Positions 9,888-19,691 of a DNA stretch of 64,000 nucleotides are shown in pieces. A program made the translations under genes and the position numbers. The notes under the pieces are model-generated. The model was not told the origin of the DNA and ran no database searches. It was given only the letters and a program-made list of their open reading frames with translations. Each line of letters starts with the position of its first letter. The first letter of the stretch is position 1. Source of the DNA: an uncultured Collinsella sp. (lineage in GTDB: Bacteria; Actinomycetota; Coriobacteriia; Coriobacteriales; Coriobacteriaceae); the NCBI GenBank assembly GCA_900550185.1, contig URRN01000001.1, positions 2,602 to 66,601 on the forward strand, written 5' to 3'.

Positions 9888-10412
9888 ATGAAGAAGACCA
9901 TCGCAATCGGTTGCGACCATATCGTTACGGACGAGAAGATCTATCTGGCCGACCGCCTGGAGCAGGCTGGCTACAAGGTGCTCGACTGCGGCACCTACAG
10001 CCACGCCCGTACGCACTATCCCATCTACGGTAAGGCCGTGGGCGAGGCTGTTGCCAGCGGCAAGGCCGACTTTGGTGTGGCCCTGTGCGGCACCGGCATC
10101 GGCATCACCAACGCCGTCAACAAGGTCCCCGGCGCCCGTTGCGCCCTGGTCCGCGACATGACCTCTGCCCTCTATGCCCGTCGTGAGCTCAACGCCAACA
10201 TCGTGGGCTTTGGCGGCAAGATCACCGGCGAGTTCCTGATGGCCGACATCATGCTTGCCTTCCTGGAGGAGCCCTACGAGAAGACTCCCGAGCACGATGC
10301 CCTGATCGCCAAGATCGACGCCTGCAACAAGGCCGACGCCGAGGCCCAGGCCGATCCGCACTTCTTCGATGAGTTCCTCGAGAAGTGGGACCGCGGCGAG
10401 TATCACGATTAG
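9888..10412 (+). CDS. lacB: Galactose-6-phosphate isomerase subunit B
   Basis: [35 protein letters not shown]. Confidence 0.95.
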   Translation: MKKTIAIGCDHIVTDEKIYLADRLEQAGYKVLDCGTYSHARTHYPIYGKAVGEAVASGKADFGVALCGTGIGITNAVNKVPGARCALVRDMTSALYARRELNANIVGFGGKITGEFLMADIMLAFLEEPYEKTPEHDALIAKIDACNKADAEAQADPHFFDEFLEKWDRGEYHD

Positions 10413-10531
10413 CGGGTATCCGGCGTAATTAACTAGTCCGTTGACGGCTCGCGTTTCTGTGAGGGGGCGCGCGCCGGTTTTCTATCAGCCCTATTGACTT
10501 GGCGGGCTGTCGTAAGAAAGGGAAGGCTCCT

Positions 10532-11413
10532 ATGGAGTTTGTTCTTGATAACGGTTCTATCCGCGTAGCACTGAGCACGGCGGGCAGCTCGTTCACTTCT
10601 ATTGCGGCCAACGGTCGCGAGTACCTGTGGCAGGGTGACCCGGCAGTCTGGTCGGGCCAGGCACCTATTTGCTTCCCGATCTGCGGCGGTCTTCGTGAGG
10701 GTCGCGCAATGACCATGGGCGGCCGCGAGGTTAAGCTCGCCCGTCACGGCTTTGCGCGCAAACAGGAGTGGAAGCTCGAGGAACAGGGCGACAACATGGT
10801 TGCGCTGAGCCTAAGCTCTGCCGACCATGCCGAGTTGCTCGAGCAATACCCGTATCCGTTTAAGATCGTTGCTCGTTACACGATCGATTCGGAAAAGGTG
10901 GCCGTGTCGTACGAGGTGACCAATGAGGGCACCGAGGACATGCCGTTCTTTGTGGGCGGCCACCCCGGCTTTAAGTGCCCGCTCGACGAGGGCGAGTCCT
11001 ATGACGATTACGAGCTTCGTTTTGAGCAGCGTGAGGCCACCGAGCTCTGTACTGCCGTTCCCTCGACGGGCTTGATTGATGTTGAGCATCGCAGCAAGAA
11101 CCCCATGATCGGCCAGAACCTGCCGCTTACCCACGAACTCTTCGACTTCGCGGAGACCATCTTTGACGTGCTCGAGAGCCGCGTGGTTACGCTGACCAAG
11201 AAAACCGAGGACAAGGGCGTGCGCCTGACGTTCCCCGATATGCCGTACCTGATTGTGTGGAGCAAGCCCGAGGGCGACTTTGTGGCTGTTGAACCGTGGG
11301 GCGGTCTGTCCACCTGCTCCGACGAGGACGATATTCTGGAGCACAAGCGTGGCTGCCTGGTGGCCAAGCCGGGGGAGACCGTTGCCCGCGGCTTTGAGAT
11401 CGAGATCCTTTAA
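10532..11413 (+). CDS. lacX: Aldose 1-epimerase family protein (LacX-like)
   Basis: EYLWQGDPAVWSGQAPICFP, RHGFAR, GGHPGF, AVEPW. Confidence 0.85.
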   Translation: MEFVLDNGSIRVALSTAGSSFTSIAANGREYLWQGDPAVWSGQAPICFPICGGLREGRAMTMGGREVKLARHGFARKQEWKLEEQGDNMVALSLSSADHAELLEQYPYPFKIVARYTIDSEKVAVSYEVTNEGTEDMPFFVGGHPGFKCPLDEGESYDDYELRFEQREATELCTAVPSTGLIDVEHRSKNPMIGQNLPLTHELFDFAETIFDVLESRVVTLTKKTEDKGVRLTFPDMPYLIVWSKPEGDFVAVEPWGGLSTCSDEDDILEHKRGCLVAKPGETVARGFEIEIL

Positions 11414-11466
11414 CGAGTTATCGTATGTTTGGGGCGGGTCATGCCGCCCCGGAACAGGAGTTCAAC

Positions 11467-12402
11467 ATGATTCTGACCGTTACCATGAACCCGTCGATTG
11501 ATACGCGCTATCAGCTCGACAAGCTGATCATCGACGATGTTAACCGTGTGACGCCCGAAAAGACCGCTGGCGGTAAGGGCCTCAACGTGAGCCGCGTGCT
11601 GTTGCAGCTGGGCGACGACGTGCTCGCGACCGGTCTGCTGGGTGGCCACATGGGTGCCTATATGGCCGAGCTTATGGATGCCGACGGCGTCAAAAACGAC
11701 TTTGTTCCCATCGCCGGCGAGACGCGCATTTGCCTGAATATTCTGCACGAGGGCAATCAGACCGAACTTTTGGAGAGCGGTCCGCAGATCGCTCCCGCCG
11801 AGCTCGAGGCCTTTACGGCCAAGTTTGCCGAGCTCGCGGCGAAGGCGAATGTCGTGACGCTTTCGGGCTCGCTGCCGCGCGGTGTCGATGCCGGCTACTA
11901 CGCCGAGCTGGTCAAGATTGCCGAGGAGGCGAGCGCCAAGGTGCTGCTCGATACCTCGGGCGCTTCGCTGGAGGCCGCGCTGGAGTCCGACGCTAAGCCT
12001 GAGCTCGTAAAGCCCAACCTGACCGAGATTAACGGCCTGCTGGGTACGTCCTTTACGACCGACGATGTCGATGCCCTGCGTGAGGCGCTTGCCGCCGACG
12101 GCCGCTTTTCCGGTATTCCCTGGGTTGTCGTTTCGATGGGTGCTGCCGGTTCGGTGGGCTTCCATGAGGGCCGTGCGTTCCGTGCCAAGACGCCCGCGAT
12201 TGCCGCCGTCAACGCGACGGGTTCCGGTGACTCGACCATCGCCGGTTTTGCGCACGCCATTGCTGCCGGCGCCGATGATGTCACCGTGCTTAAGACCGCC
12301 AATACCTGTGGCAAGCTCAACGCGATGGATCCCAAGACCGGCCACCTGGTCATGGACCGCTGGGACGAGATCTACAACAGCGTTGAGGTCGTAGAGTTGT
12401 AG
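11467..12402 (+). CDS. lacC: Tagatose-6-phosphate kinase (PfkB family)
   Basis: MILTVTMNPSID, AGGKGLNV, NATGSGDSTIAG; operonic with lacAB. Confidence 0.9.
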   Translation: MILTVTMNPSIDTRYQLDKLIIDDVNRVTPEKTAGGKGLNVSRVLLQLGDDVLATGLLGGHMGAYMAELMDADGVKNDFVPIAGETRICLNILHEGNQTELLESGPQIAPAELEAFTAKFAELAAKANVVTLSGSLPRGVDAGYYAELVKIAEEASAKVLLDTSGASLEAALESDAKPELVKPNLTEINGLLGTSFTTDDVDALREALAADGRFSGIPWVVVSMGAAGSVGFHEGRAFRAKTPAIAAVNATGSGDSTIAGFAHAIAAGADDVTVLKTANTCGKLNAMDPKTGHLVMDRWDEIYNSVEVVEL

Positions 12403-12494
12403 CGGTTGCGACTCCTAATAGAATGAGCGTGGATAATCTCCCACTTTGGGCTCGCAAATGGGCTCGAAGTGGGAGATTTTCCACTCTCATTAAT

Positions 12495-12552
12495 GTAGTC
12501 GTTGGGGACGTTCTTTAATGACTAGTCGTTTAAGAACGTCCCCAATGACTAC
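12495..12552. repeat. Inverted REP-like doublet beginning GTAG
   Basis: GTAGTCGTTGGGGACGTTCTT...AAGAACGTCCCCAATGACTAC. Confidence 0.7.
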
Positions 12553-12657
12553 ACTCAAAAAAGGCGCCCGTCGGCGATGTTGCCGGCGGACGCCTTTGTC
12601 GTGTGGGCGGAAATGATCCGTTTTCCTCCGTCCCCAAGGGATCTTCGAGGCTGCGTG

Positions 12658-14286
12658 TTACAGCGAGTCGATGAAGCGCTGCTGAGCGGCACGTCCTGCT
12701 TCGTCCCACTTAAAGACGCCGGCGTTGTCGAGCACGTGGCCAAACACCACGCCGACCTCCTCGTGCAGGATGTCGATGGCGTTGTCGGCCGTAAGTTCAT
12801 CGGCGCGGCGGGCAAAGACATCCTCTGCCCATGCGGTGTGGCTGCGGCAAAGGTCGTCGCCTTCGAGCGCGGCGGCAAGGTCGTAGCTGGTGTCGACCTT
12901 GGCGGCCAGCAGGTGTTCGCGGACGGCGCCGAGCTCGGGAACCAAGCGCGGCGGAAGAATTGCCAAGCCCATAACCTCGATCAGGCCGATGTTCTCCTTC
13001 TTGATGTGGTGATACTCGGCATGCGGGTGGAACACGCCCAGCGGATGCTCGTCGGTCGTAATGTTGCAGCGAAGCGCCAAGTAGGCCTCATAGATCTCGC
13101 CACCGGCGTTGCCACGGGAGTCCACGCGACGGATGACAGGCGTCACGGTGTTGTGAGCCACGCCATCGGCTGTGTGCGCGATGACGCCCACGGACTCGTC
13201 GGTCCACTCGCGCCAAGCGAGGATGATCTTCTCGGCGGCATCGAGTAGCTTGGCGCGATCGTGCGAGCGCAGGCGCAGCACCGAGAGCGGCCACTGCAGC
13301 ACGGTGCCGGCGACCTGGTCAAAGCCGGGCACGCTAAACTGCGAGACCTCGGCCGCGTGCATCATGGGGAACTCGTGCGCGCCGCCCTGGAAGTGGTCGT
13401 GCGACAGAATCGAGCCGCCCACGATGGGCAGATCGGCGTTGGAGCCGATAAAGTAGTGCGGGAACAGGTCCACAAAATCGAGCAGGCAGGAGAGGCCCTT
13501 ACGGTCGACGTGCATCGGACGATGCTCCGAGCTCATGGCAATGCAATGCTCGTTAAAGTACGCGTACGGGCTGTACTGGAAGCCCCAACGCTCGCCGTCG
13601 AGCTGAATAGGGATAACGCGCAGATTCTGGCGGGCGGGGTGGGCGCCACCGTCGGCTGCAGCGGAGCGTCCGGGGTAGCCCTCGTTTTCGATGCAGAGCT
13701 GGCAGGCGGGATACTTCTCGCTCGTGTTCTTGGCAGCGCCGGCAGCGGCAATATCGCGCGGGTCCTTCTCGGGCTTGGACAGGTTGATGGTGATCTCAAG
13801 ATCGCCCCAGTTGGTGGGGGTGCTCCATTTGATATTGCGCGCGATGGCGGCGCGGCGCACATAGCCGGCGTCGCAGCACAGGCCGTAGAACCAGTCGGTC
13901 GCGGCGCGGGGCTCGTTGACGCCCATGCGCCCATTGAACTCCTCGTTTACAACCGAAGGCCTCGGCATGAGCACGCCCATGATGCGCATGGCGATGCGGT
14001 CGCGTCCCGAGGCCGTGTCCTCGGCGGCACCGTTGGCAACGGCGGCCTCGGAAAGTACGGCGAGCGTGCCCTCCAGATCAAAGTCGGGGAGCGTATCGGG
14101 GTGCAGAAGCGAAATCTTCTCGGTCTTGAGCGCCCAAGTCATGTCGATCGCGGGGCCCGTGGCGCCAATGCACTCAAGAATGGTGTTGTAGGCCCAGATG
14201 CGGTCGTCCTGTCCGATCATGGATCGGTGGATGGCGTACTCGATGAGGCCCTGCGCGGCTTCGCGCACGTCGGTCATTACAGCCAT
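12658..14286 (-). CDS. galT: Galactose-1-phosphate uridylyltransferase (class II)
   Basis: LEITINLSKPEKDP, FQYSPY, GGSILSHDHFQGG, HHIKKENIGLIEVMG. Confidence 0.95.
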   Translation of the reverse strand: MAVMTDVREAAQGLIEYAIHRSMIGQDDRIWAYNTILECIGATGPAIDMTWALKTEKISLLHPDTLPDFDLEGTLAVLSEAAVANGAAEDTASGRDRIAMRIMGVLMPRPSVVNEEFNGRMGVNEPRAATDWFYGLCCDAGYVRRAAIARNIKWSTPTNWGDLEITINLSKPEKDPRDIAAAGAAKNTSEKYPACQLCIENEGYPGRSAAADGGAHPARQNLRVIPIQLDGERWGFQYSPYAYFNEHCIAMSSEHRPMHVDRKGLSCLLDFVDLFPHYFIGSNADLPIVGGSILSHDHFQGGAHEFPMMHAAEVSQFSVPGFDQVAGTVLQWPLSVLRLRSHDRAKLLDAAEKIILAWREWTDESVGVIAHTADGVAHNTVTPVIRRVDSRGNAGGEIYEAYLALRCNITTDEHPLGVFHPHAEYHHIKKENIGLIEVMGLAILPPRLVPELGAVREHLLAAKVDTSYDLAAALEGDDLCRSHTAWAEDVFARRADELTADNAIDILHEEVGVVFGHVLDNAGVFKWDEAGRAAQQRFIDSL

Positions 14287-15482
14287 GCTGCGTAGGCTCC
14301 CTTGTCAGAGATAGCGTAGTGACGGGCAGAACCCTCGCCCAGCCAGCCGTTCATCTTGGTAATGAAGGTATCGACCAGATCGAGCGGCACGAAGGCCTGG
14401 ATGGTGCCGCCAAAGCCGCCGCCGTGGATGCGGACGGCGCCGCGGCCGTCGAGCACGTGCTCGGCCAGCGCCAGGGCATACATGGAGGGCTGCTCGGAGC
14501 CCAGCTTGGCAACGACATTCTGCAGGTACATGGCAGAGCTGGCGCCGGACTCGCGCGTCAGGGTCAGGAACTGGTCGATATCGCCGGCGTTCAGGGCTGC
14601 CCAGCGCTTGTCGACCAGGCCGTTCTCGTACCAGTAGTGAACGGCGCGCAGGCAGGCGCGGTCGCCCAGCTTGGCGCGCAGCTCGGGGAGCTTGGCGTCA
14701 AAGTCGGCAACGTCCACCTCGCACAGGCGTGCCTTGCCAAACTCGGCGGCAACATCCTGCATCTCGCGCGGAACGGCGGCGTAGTCGTCGGTGGCTGCCA
14801 CATGGTCGGCGCCAACCTTAACAAGCACGAGCGCATAGCCGTGATCCTCAAAGTTGAGCTCGAGCTTCTGAGTTTTAGGCTGAGCTTGATCCTCAAAGTC
14901 CATGTAGGCGAGGCCGCCCAGGCACACAGCGGCCTGGTCCATCAGACCGCAGGGCTTGCCGTAGTAGTTGTTCTCGGTGCGCTGGCTCATCTGCGCAAGC
15001 GCGACGGGCTCAATGGCAGGCGCGCCCCAGAGCGTCTCCATGGCGCGACCGTATGCGGCCTCGACGGCAGCGGAGCTCGAAAGGCCGCCGCCCGAGGGGA
15101 CGGAGCAGGTGAAGGCGAAGTCGAAGCCGTGGGGCTCAACGCCAAGGGCTGCAATCTCGTGGGCCATACCGCGGACGAGGCTTGCGGACGTGCCCTTCTC
15201 GGACTCTTGAATATCCAGCGTGTCGAGCGCGATTTCAAACGTGGGATAGCCCTCATCGGCAACGCGGACCTTGTTGGAGTCGGTTGCCACGGCGATGCCG
15301 TCGACAGCGACATCGAGCGAGCCGGCGATGACGTGGCCGCCCTCGTGGTCGGTGTGGTTGCCACTGATCTCGGAGCGGCCGGGCGCGTGCACATAGAGCA
15401 CCTGGCGATCGCCGATGGGCCCAAACTCCTCCTCAAACAGCTTGGTGAGCGTGGCGAGTGTCTTTTCGTCGGGGGTGGTCAT
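14277..15482 (-). CDS. galK: Galactokinase
   Basis: APGRSEISGNHTDH, GGGLSSSAA, GLMDQ, HGGGFGG; start placed at MTTPDEK. Confidence 0.93.
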   Translation of the reverse strand: MTTPDEKTLATLTKLFEEEFGPIGDRQVLYVHAPGRSEISGNHTDHEGGHVIAGSLDVAVDGIAVATDSNKVRVADEGYPTFEIALDTLDIQESEKGTSASLVRGMAHEIAALGVEPHGFDFAFTCSVPSGGGLSSSAAVEAAYGRAMETLWGAPAIEPVALAQMSQRTENNYYGKPCGLMDQAAVCLGGLAYMDFEDQAQPKTQKLELNFEDHGYALVLVKVGADHVAATDDYAAVPREMQDVAAEFGKARLCEVDVADFDAKLPELRAKLGDRACLRAVHYWYENGLVDKRWAALNAGDIDQFLTLTRESGASSAMYLQNVVAKLGSEQPSMYALALAEHVLDGRGAVRIHGGGFGGTIQAFVPLDLVDTFITKMNGWLGEGSARHYAISDKGAYAAWL

Positions 15483-15525
15483 CGGAGTCCTTTCCTTGGC
15501 GCGTACTGGTAAGTTTTGCGCCGTT

Positions 15526-15728
15526 ATGAGTACGTTAACAACTTGAAGCGGCATGAACCAAGTGTTCACGATGCCGCACGTTACGGGCTATGTTAACGTA
15601 CTCATAACACAACTCTTGTCACTTTTTGAGAATCTGGTAATCGGTAGAAATTCAGCCGTGAACGGTATTGCCGTATGGACTTATAAAGCAGAAGAGATGC
15701 AGATAGAAAAAGTAGAGTACGTTAACAT
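15526..15728. promoter_or_regulatory. Three LacI-type operator copies ATGAGTACGTTAACA (15526, 15590 reverse, 15714)
   Basis: Repeated motif between divergent galK and LacI genes. Confidence 0.72.
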
Positions 15729-15820
15729 GCGTCCGACGATAGCGGGCCTCGGCGCGGGATGTATTACTGCCCGGGCCGGCATTCACGCTATTCAGATCTC
15801 GCAAGGGTGAAGGTGATCCT

Positions 15821-16852
15821 GTGGCAAGGCGCCCGTCCAACGATACCAGTTCGCGTCCGGTCTCCATGGCTGACGTCGCCCGCGCTGCCGGCGTTTCGCA
15901 GCAGACGGTTTCGCGCGTCGCCAACGGCTTGCCCAACGTTAACGAGCAGACGCGCCAGCGCGTGCAGGCCGCTATGCAAGAGCTCGGCTTTCGTCCGAGT
16001 TATGCCGGTCGCTCGCTGCGCGACGGCCGTTACCATTCGGTCGGCCTGTGCGTCAACGATGTCACCAAGTTTGGCAACCTCTCAATGATCGACGGCATCG
16101 CCAGCGCTGCTCGCGAGCATAATTGCGCCATCACGCTGGTCGAGATGTCCAAGACCGAGGAGTTTTCGCTTGCCGAGGCCACGCGTCGTATGGCCGCGCT
16201 GCCCGTGGACGGCATCATTATCGGCATGAGTCGCATGGCGCCCGATTTTGAGACGTTTGATCCACTGCCGGGCATTGGCACGGTCATCGTTACCATGTAC
16301 GCGCACCCGCGGGTGACCACGGTCGATTCCGACCATTACGGCTGCTCGCTATTGCTTATGGATCACCTGTTTGAGCTAGGGCACGAGCAGATTCGCTATA
16401 TTGGCGGCCCGTCATTCTCGGTCGACGAGCAATTTCGTCGCGCCGGTTGGCAGGATGCACTCGAGCGTAAACACATCGAGCCGGCAGAGCCGCTCGAGGG
16501 CGACTGGTCTGCCAACAGCGGCTACGAGGCCGGCAGGTACCTGGCCGAGCACGATCGCACCATGACGGCGATTTACGCGGCAAACGACCAGATGGCAAAT
16601 GGCGCGATTGCAGCGCTGCGCGATAGCGGTCTGCGCGTGCCCGAGGACGTGAGCGTGGTGGGCGTCGACGATTCGCTCGATGATTTTGTGGCACACAACG
16701 AGCTCACGACCGTTCGATTCGATTTGCATCAGCGTGGACGCGAGGTGTTCGAGCACGCGGTTCCCAAGGCGGGGGCAACGGACAAAACCGTTGCCATTCG
16801 TATTCCCGGTCAGCTCATCGTTCGACACACCACGGCAGCGCCGCGCGCATAG
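15821..16852 (+). CDS. LacI-family regulator (GalR-like by context)
   Basis: HTH MADVARAAGVSQQTVSR; divergent from galKT. Confidence 0.93.
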   Translation: MARRPSNDTSSRPVSMADVARAAGVSQQTVSRVANGLPNVNEQTRQRVQAAMQELGFRPSYAGRSLRDGRYHSVGLCVNDVTKFGNLSMIDGIASAAREHNCAITLVEMSKTEEFSLAEATRRMAALPVDGIIIGMSRMAPDFETFDPLPGIGTVIVTMYAHPRVTTVDSDHYGCSLLLMDHLFELGHEQIRYIGGPSFSVDEQFRRAGWQDALERKHIEPAEPLEGDWSANSGYEAGRYLAEHDRTMTAIYAANDQMANGAIAALRDSGLRVPEDVSVVGVDDSLDDFVAHNELTTVRFDLHQRGREVFEHAVPKAGATDKTVAIRIPGQLIVRHTTAAPRA

Positions 16853-16981
16853 TTTTCGCAGGTCAACGGCTCGGCGTTGCATATCAATAACAATCGGTAA
16901 GGATGCCGGCAGATAGCCGTGACTATGAAGGCGAGTGCTATGATAGACGGGTTCATTTGTCTATCTAGGAGGCTTTGCCTG

Positions 16982-18142
16982 ATGGAGATCACCAAGGATA
17001 TCCGCTACATTGGCGTTGACGATCATGACATCGACCTGTTCGAGGGCCAGTACGACGTGTCCGAGAACGGTATGGCATACAACAGCTACGTTATCTTGGG
17101 CGAGAAGATCGCTGTCGCCGATTCGGTCGATGGCGGATTTGTCGACGAGTGGCTCGGCAACCTCGAGACCGTACTCGACGGCCGCACGCCCGACTACCTG
17201 GTCATCCATCACATGGAGCCCGATCACTCCGCCGGCATCGCCGCCTTTATGGAGCGCTATCCCCAGGCGCAGATTGTGGCAAGCATGGGCGCCTTCCGCA
17301 TGATGGTCAACTACTTTGGCACCGACTTCCCCGAGCGCAAGATGGTTGTCAAAGAGGGCGACGTGCTTGATCTGGGTGGCCACAGCCTGACCTTTGTCGG
17401 CGCCCCCAACGTTCACTGGCCCGAGGTACTCTTCTCCTACGAGGCTACCGACAAGGTGCTCTTTAGTGCCGACGGCTTTGGCAAGTTTGGCGCCAACGAC
17501 ATCGAGGATCCGGAAGGGTGGGCCTGCGAGGCGCGCCGTTACTACTTTGGCATCGTGGGCAAGTTCGGCAAGTTTGTGCAGGCCGTGCTCAAGAAGGCCG
17601 CCGATTTGGACATCCAGATCATCTGCCCGCTTCATGGCCCCGTGCTGACCGAGAACCTGGGCTACTACCTCGACACCTACAACACCTGGTCGAGCTATCA
17701 GCCCGAGGACGAGGGCATCACCATTGCCTACGCGAGCGTCTACGGCCATCTGAAGGCTGCCGTTGAGGAGCTTGCATCTGCGCTCGAGGCTCGCGGCCAG
17801 AAGGTTTCCGTCTTTGACTTGGCTCGCGACGACATGGCCGAGGCCGTTGAGGATGCGTTCCGCTATGACCGTCTGGTACTCGCTTCCATCACCTATCAGG
17901 GCGAGATCTTCCCATTCATGAGCACCTTTATCCATACGCTTGCCGAGCATGCCTACCAGAACCGTACGGTGGCGCTCGTCGAGGGCGGCTCCTGGGCGCC
18001 CGCAGCTGCCAAGATTATGACCAAGGAGCTCGAGGGTATGAAGGACATCACCCTGACGCAGAACAAGGTGACCGTCCTGGGTTCGCTCAACGACGCCTCG
18101 CGCGCTCAGATCGAGGCCCTCGCTGACGAGCTCTCCAAGTAG
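16982..18142 (+). CDS. fprA: Flavodiiron protein (FprA-like; metallo-beta-lactamase plus flavodoxin domains)
   Basis: YNSY, HHMEPDH, HWPE, FSADGFG, PLHGP, AYASVYG. Confidence 0.88.
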   Translation: MEITKDIRYIGVDDHDIDLFEGQYDVSENGMAYNSYVILGEKIAVADSVDGGFVDEWLGNLETVLDGRTPDYLVIHHMEPDHSAGIAAFMERYPQAQIVASMGAFRMMVNYFGTDFPERKMVVKEGDVLDLGGHSLTFVGAPNVHWPEVLFSYEATDKVLFSADGFGKFGANDIEDPEGWACEARRYYFGIVGKFGKFVQAVLKKAADLDIQIICPLHGPVLTENLGYYLDTYNTWSSYQPEDEGITIAYASVYGHLKAAVEELASALEARGQKVSVFDLARDDMAEAVEDAFRYDRLVLASITYQGEIFPFMSTFIHTLAEHAYQNRTVALVEGGSWAPAAAKIMTKELEGMKDITLTQNKVTVLGSLNDASRAQIEALADELSK

Positions 18143-18232
18143 CGATACGTTCACGTTTAACGCTCAAACCACCACAAAGGTGCCTGTGAACTGCCTCCCA
18201 TTTCTTGGACATCGGGAAATGGGAGGTTTTCC

Positions 18233-18730
18233 ATGAGTATAGATCTCAGGTCGAAGCACGATCTGGAGTCCAGGAGGCGGGCCGTCGAGCTCTTCGACGC
18301 CGGCGTCGGCTGCAAGCCGGCGGCCGAGGCCCTGTCCGTCCCCCGCGAGACCGTGAGAGAATGGCAGTGGGTATACCGGGCGTTCGGAAGCGAGGCGCTG
18401 CTGTCCATGGACGGGAAACAATCCAGTTACACATTCGAGCAGAGGGTCGCCGCGGCGTCGGCCGTGGTCGACGACGGGATGGCGAAGGCCGACGCCATGG
18501 CCGAGTTCGGGATCAGGTCGAAATCCCCGCTGGAGCGCTGGTGCAGGCTCTACCGCGAGGGCGGCGCCGAGGCGCTGCGGCCCCGCCCGAAGGGCAGACC
18601 GAGGGGGTCGAGGTCGAAACCCCGGGCCCGCACCCGCGAGCAGGAGCTCGAGGAGCGCTGCCGCAGGCTCGAGGCCGAGGTCGCCTACCTAAAAAAATTG
18701 CGCGCCCTGGTCGAGCGGGACGGGCTCTGA
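18233..18730 (+). CDS. IS3-family transposase OrfA
   Basis: Two HTH repeats and C-terminal LEAEVAYLKKL over the A7 frameshift motif. Confidence 0.9.
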   Translation: MSIDLRSKHDLESRRRAVELFDAGVGCKPAAEALSVPRETVREWQWVYRAFGSEALLSMDGKQSSYTFEQRVAAASAVVDDGMAKADAMAEFGIRSKSPLERWCRLYREGGAEALRPRPKGRPRGSRSKPRARTREQELEERCRRLEAEVAYLKKLRALVERDGL

Positions 18731-18902
18731 CCAGGGCGGCGGCCGAGGCGGTGAGGGCGCTGCGCGCGGAGGGGCACTCCCTGCGCCACCTGCTGGATGT
18801 TAGCGTCAATATATTTTTCACCATTTTCACCAACGTATTTTCGCCAATCGCGCCAACGCGGATGCGCCGGATTCGCTTACGCGGATGCGCCGCTTTCGGC
18901 GT

Positions 18903-19691
18903 CTAGGCTCCCTCCTCCTTCCCGTCCTCACCGCCGATGGATGCGTCCTTCAGGCGGTACGACCGTCCCGTTATCTTGATCATCGCGCAATGGTGGCAAA
19001 GCCTGTCGGCCACCGCCGAGGCCGTGACGTTGCTGCCGAACACGTCGCCCCACCTACCCACCGGCACGTTGGTCGTGACGATGGTCGACCGCTTTAGCGC
19101 GTAGCGCCTGTTGACCAGCTGGAACAGCAGGTCGGCACCCTCCTTGCCGATATCGAGGTAGCCGAGCTCGTCTATTATCAGCAGGCTGCAGTGCTCGTAG
19201 AACCGCATCCTGCGCGCCAGCGCCTCCTTCGCCGAGGCGTGCTTGAGGTCCTCGACCAGCCTCGAGCAGTCGGCGAAGTACACCTGCTTGCGGGCCATCA
19301 CCGCCTCGTGGCCTATGGCTATCGACAGGTGGGTCTTGCCGACGCCCGGGCTGCCGACGAGCACGACGTTGTCGCCGCGGTCGATGAACTCGAGCGTGGC
19401 CAGCTGCTCGACCAGCCCGCGCGGCACGCTCGGCTGGAAGCCCCAGTCGAAGTCGGCCAGCGTCTTTATGTAGGGGAAGTTGGCCATCCTCGTGCGGCGC
19501 TCGTCGTCGGCGCGCCGCTTGAGGGCTATCTGGGCGTCGGTGAGCTCGAGCATGGCGTCGACCAGGCCCTTCCTCCCGTCGGCGACGAGCCTGACGTACT
19601 CGGGCACCGACGACGCCATGCCCTCGAGCCCCAGCTCCTCGAGGTTGGCCGCCAGGCGGTTGAGGGGGCTGGCCTGCACGGCGGCGCTCAC
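18903..19691 (-). CDS. istB: IS21 AAA+ helper ATPase
   Basis: GSPGVGKT Walker A, LLIIDELGYL, DRLCHH, ITGRSYR; GTG start overlaps istA stop. Confidence 0.93.
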   Translation of the reverse strand: MSAAVQASPLNRLAANLEELGLEGMASSVPEYVRLVADGRKGLVDAMLELTDAQIALKRRADDERRTRMANFPYIKTLADFDWGFQPSVPRGLVEQLATLEFIDRGDNVVLVGSPGVGKTHLSIAIGHEAVMARKQVYFADCSRLVEDLKHASAKEALARRMRFYEHCSLLIIDELGYLDIGKEGADLLFQLVNRRYALKRSTIVTTNVPVGRWGDVFGSNVTASAVADRLCHHCAMIKITGRSYRLKDASIGGEDGKEEGA

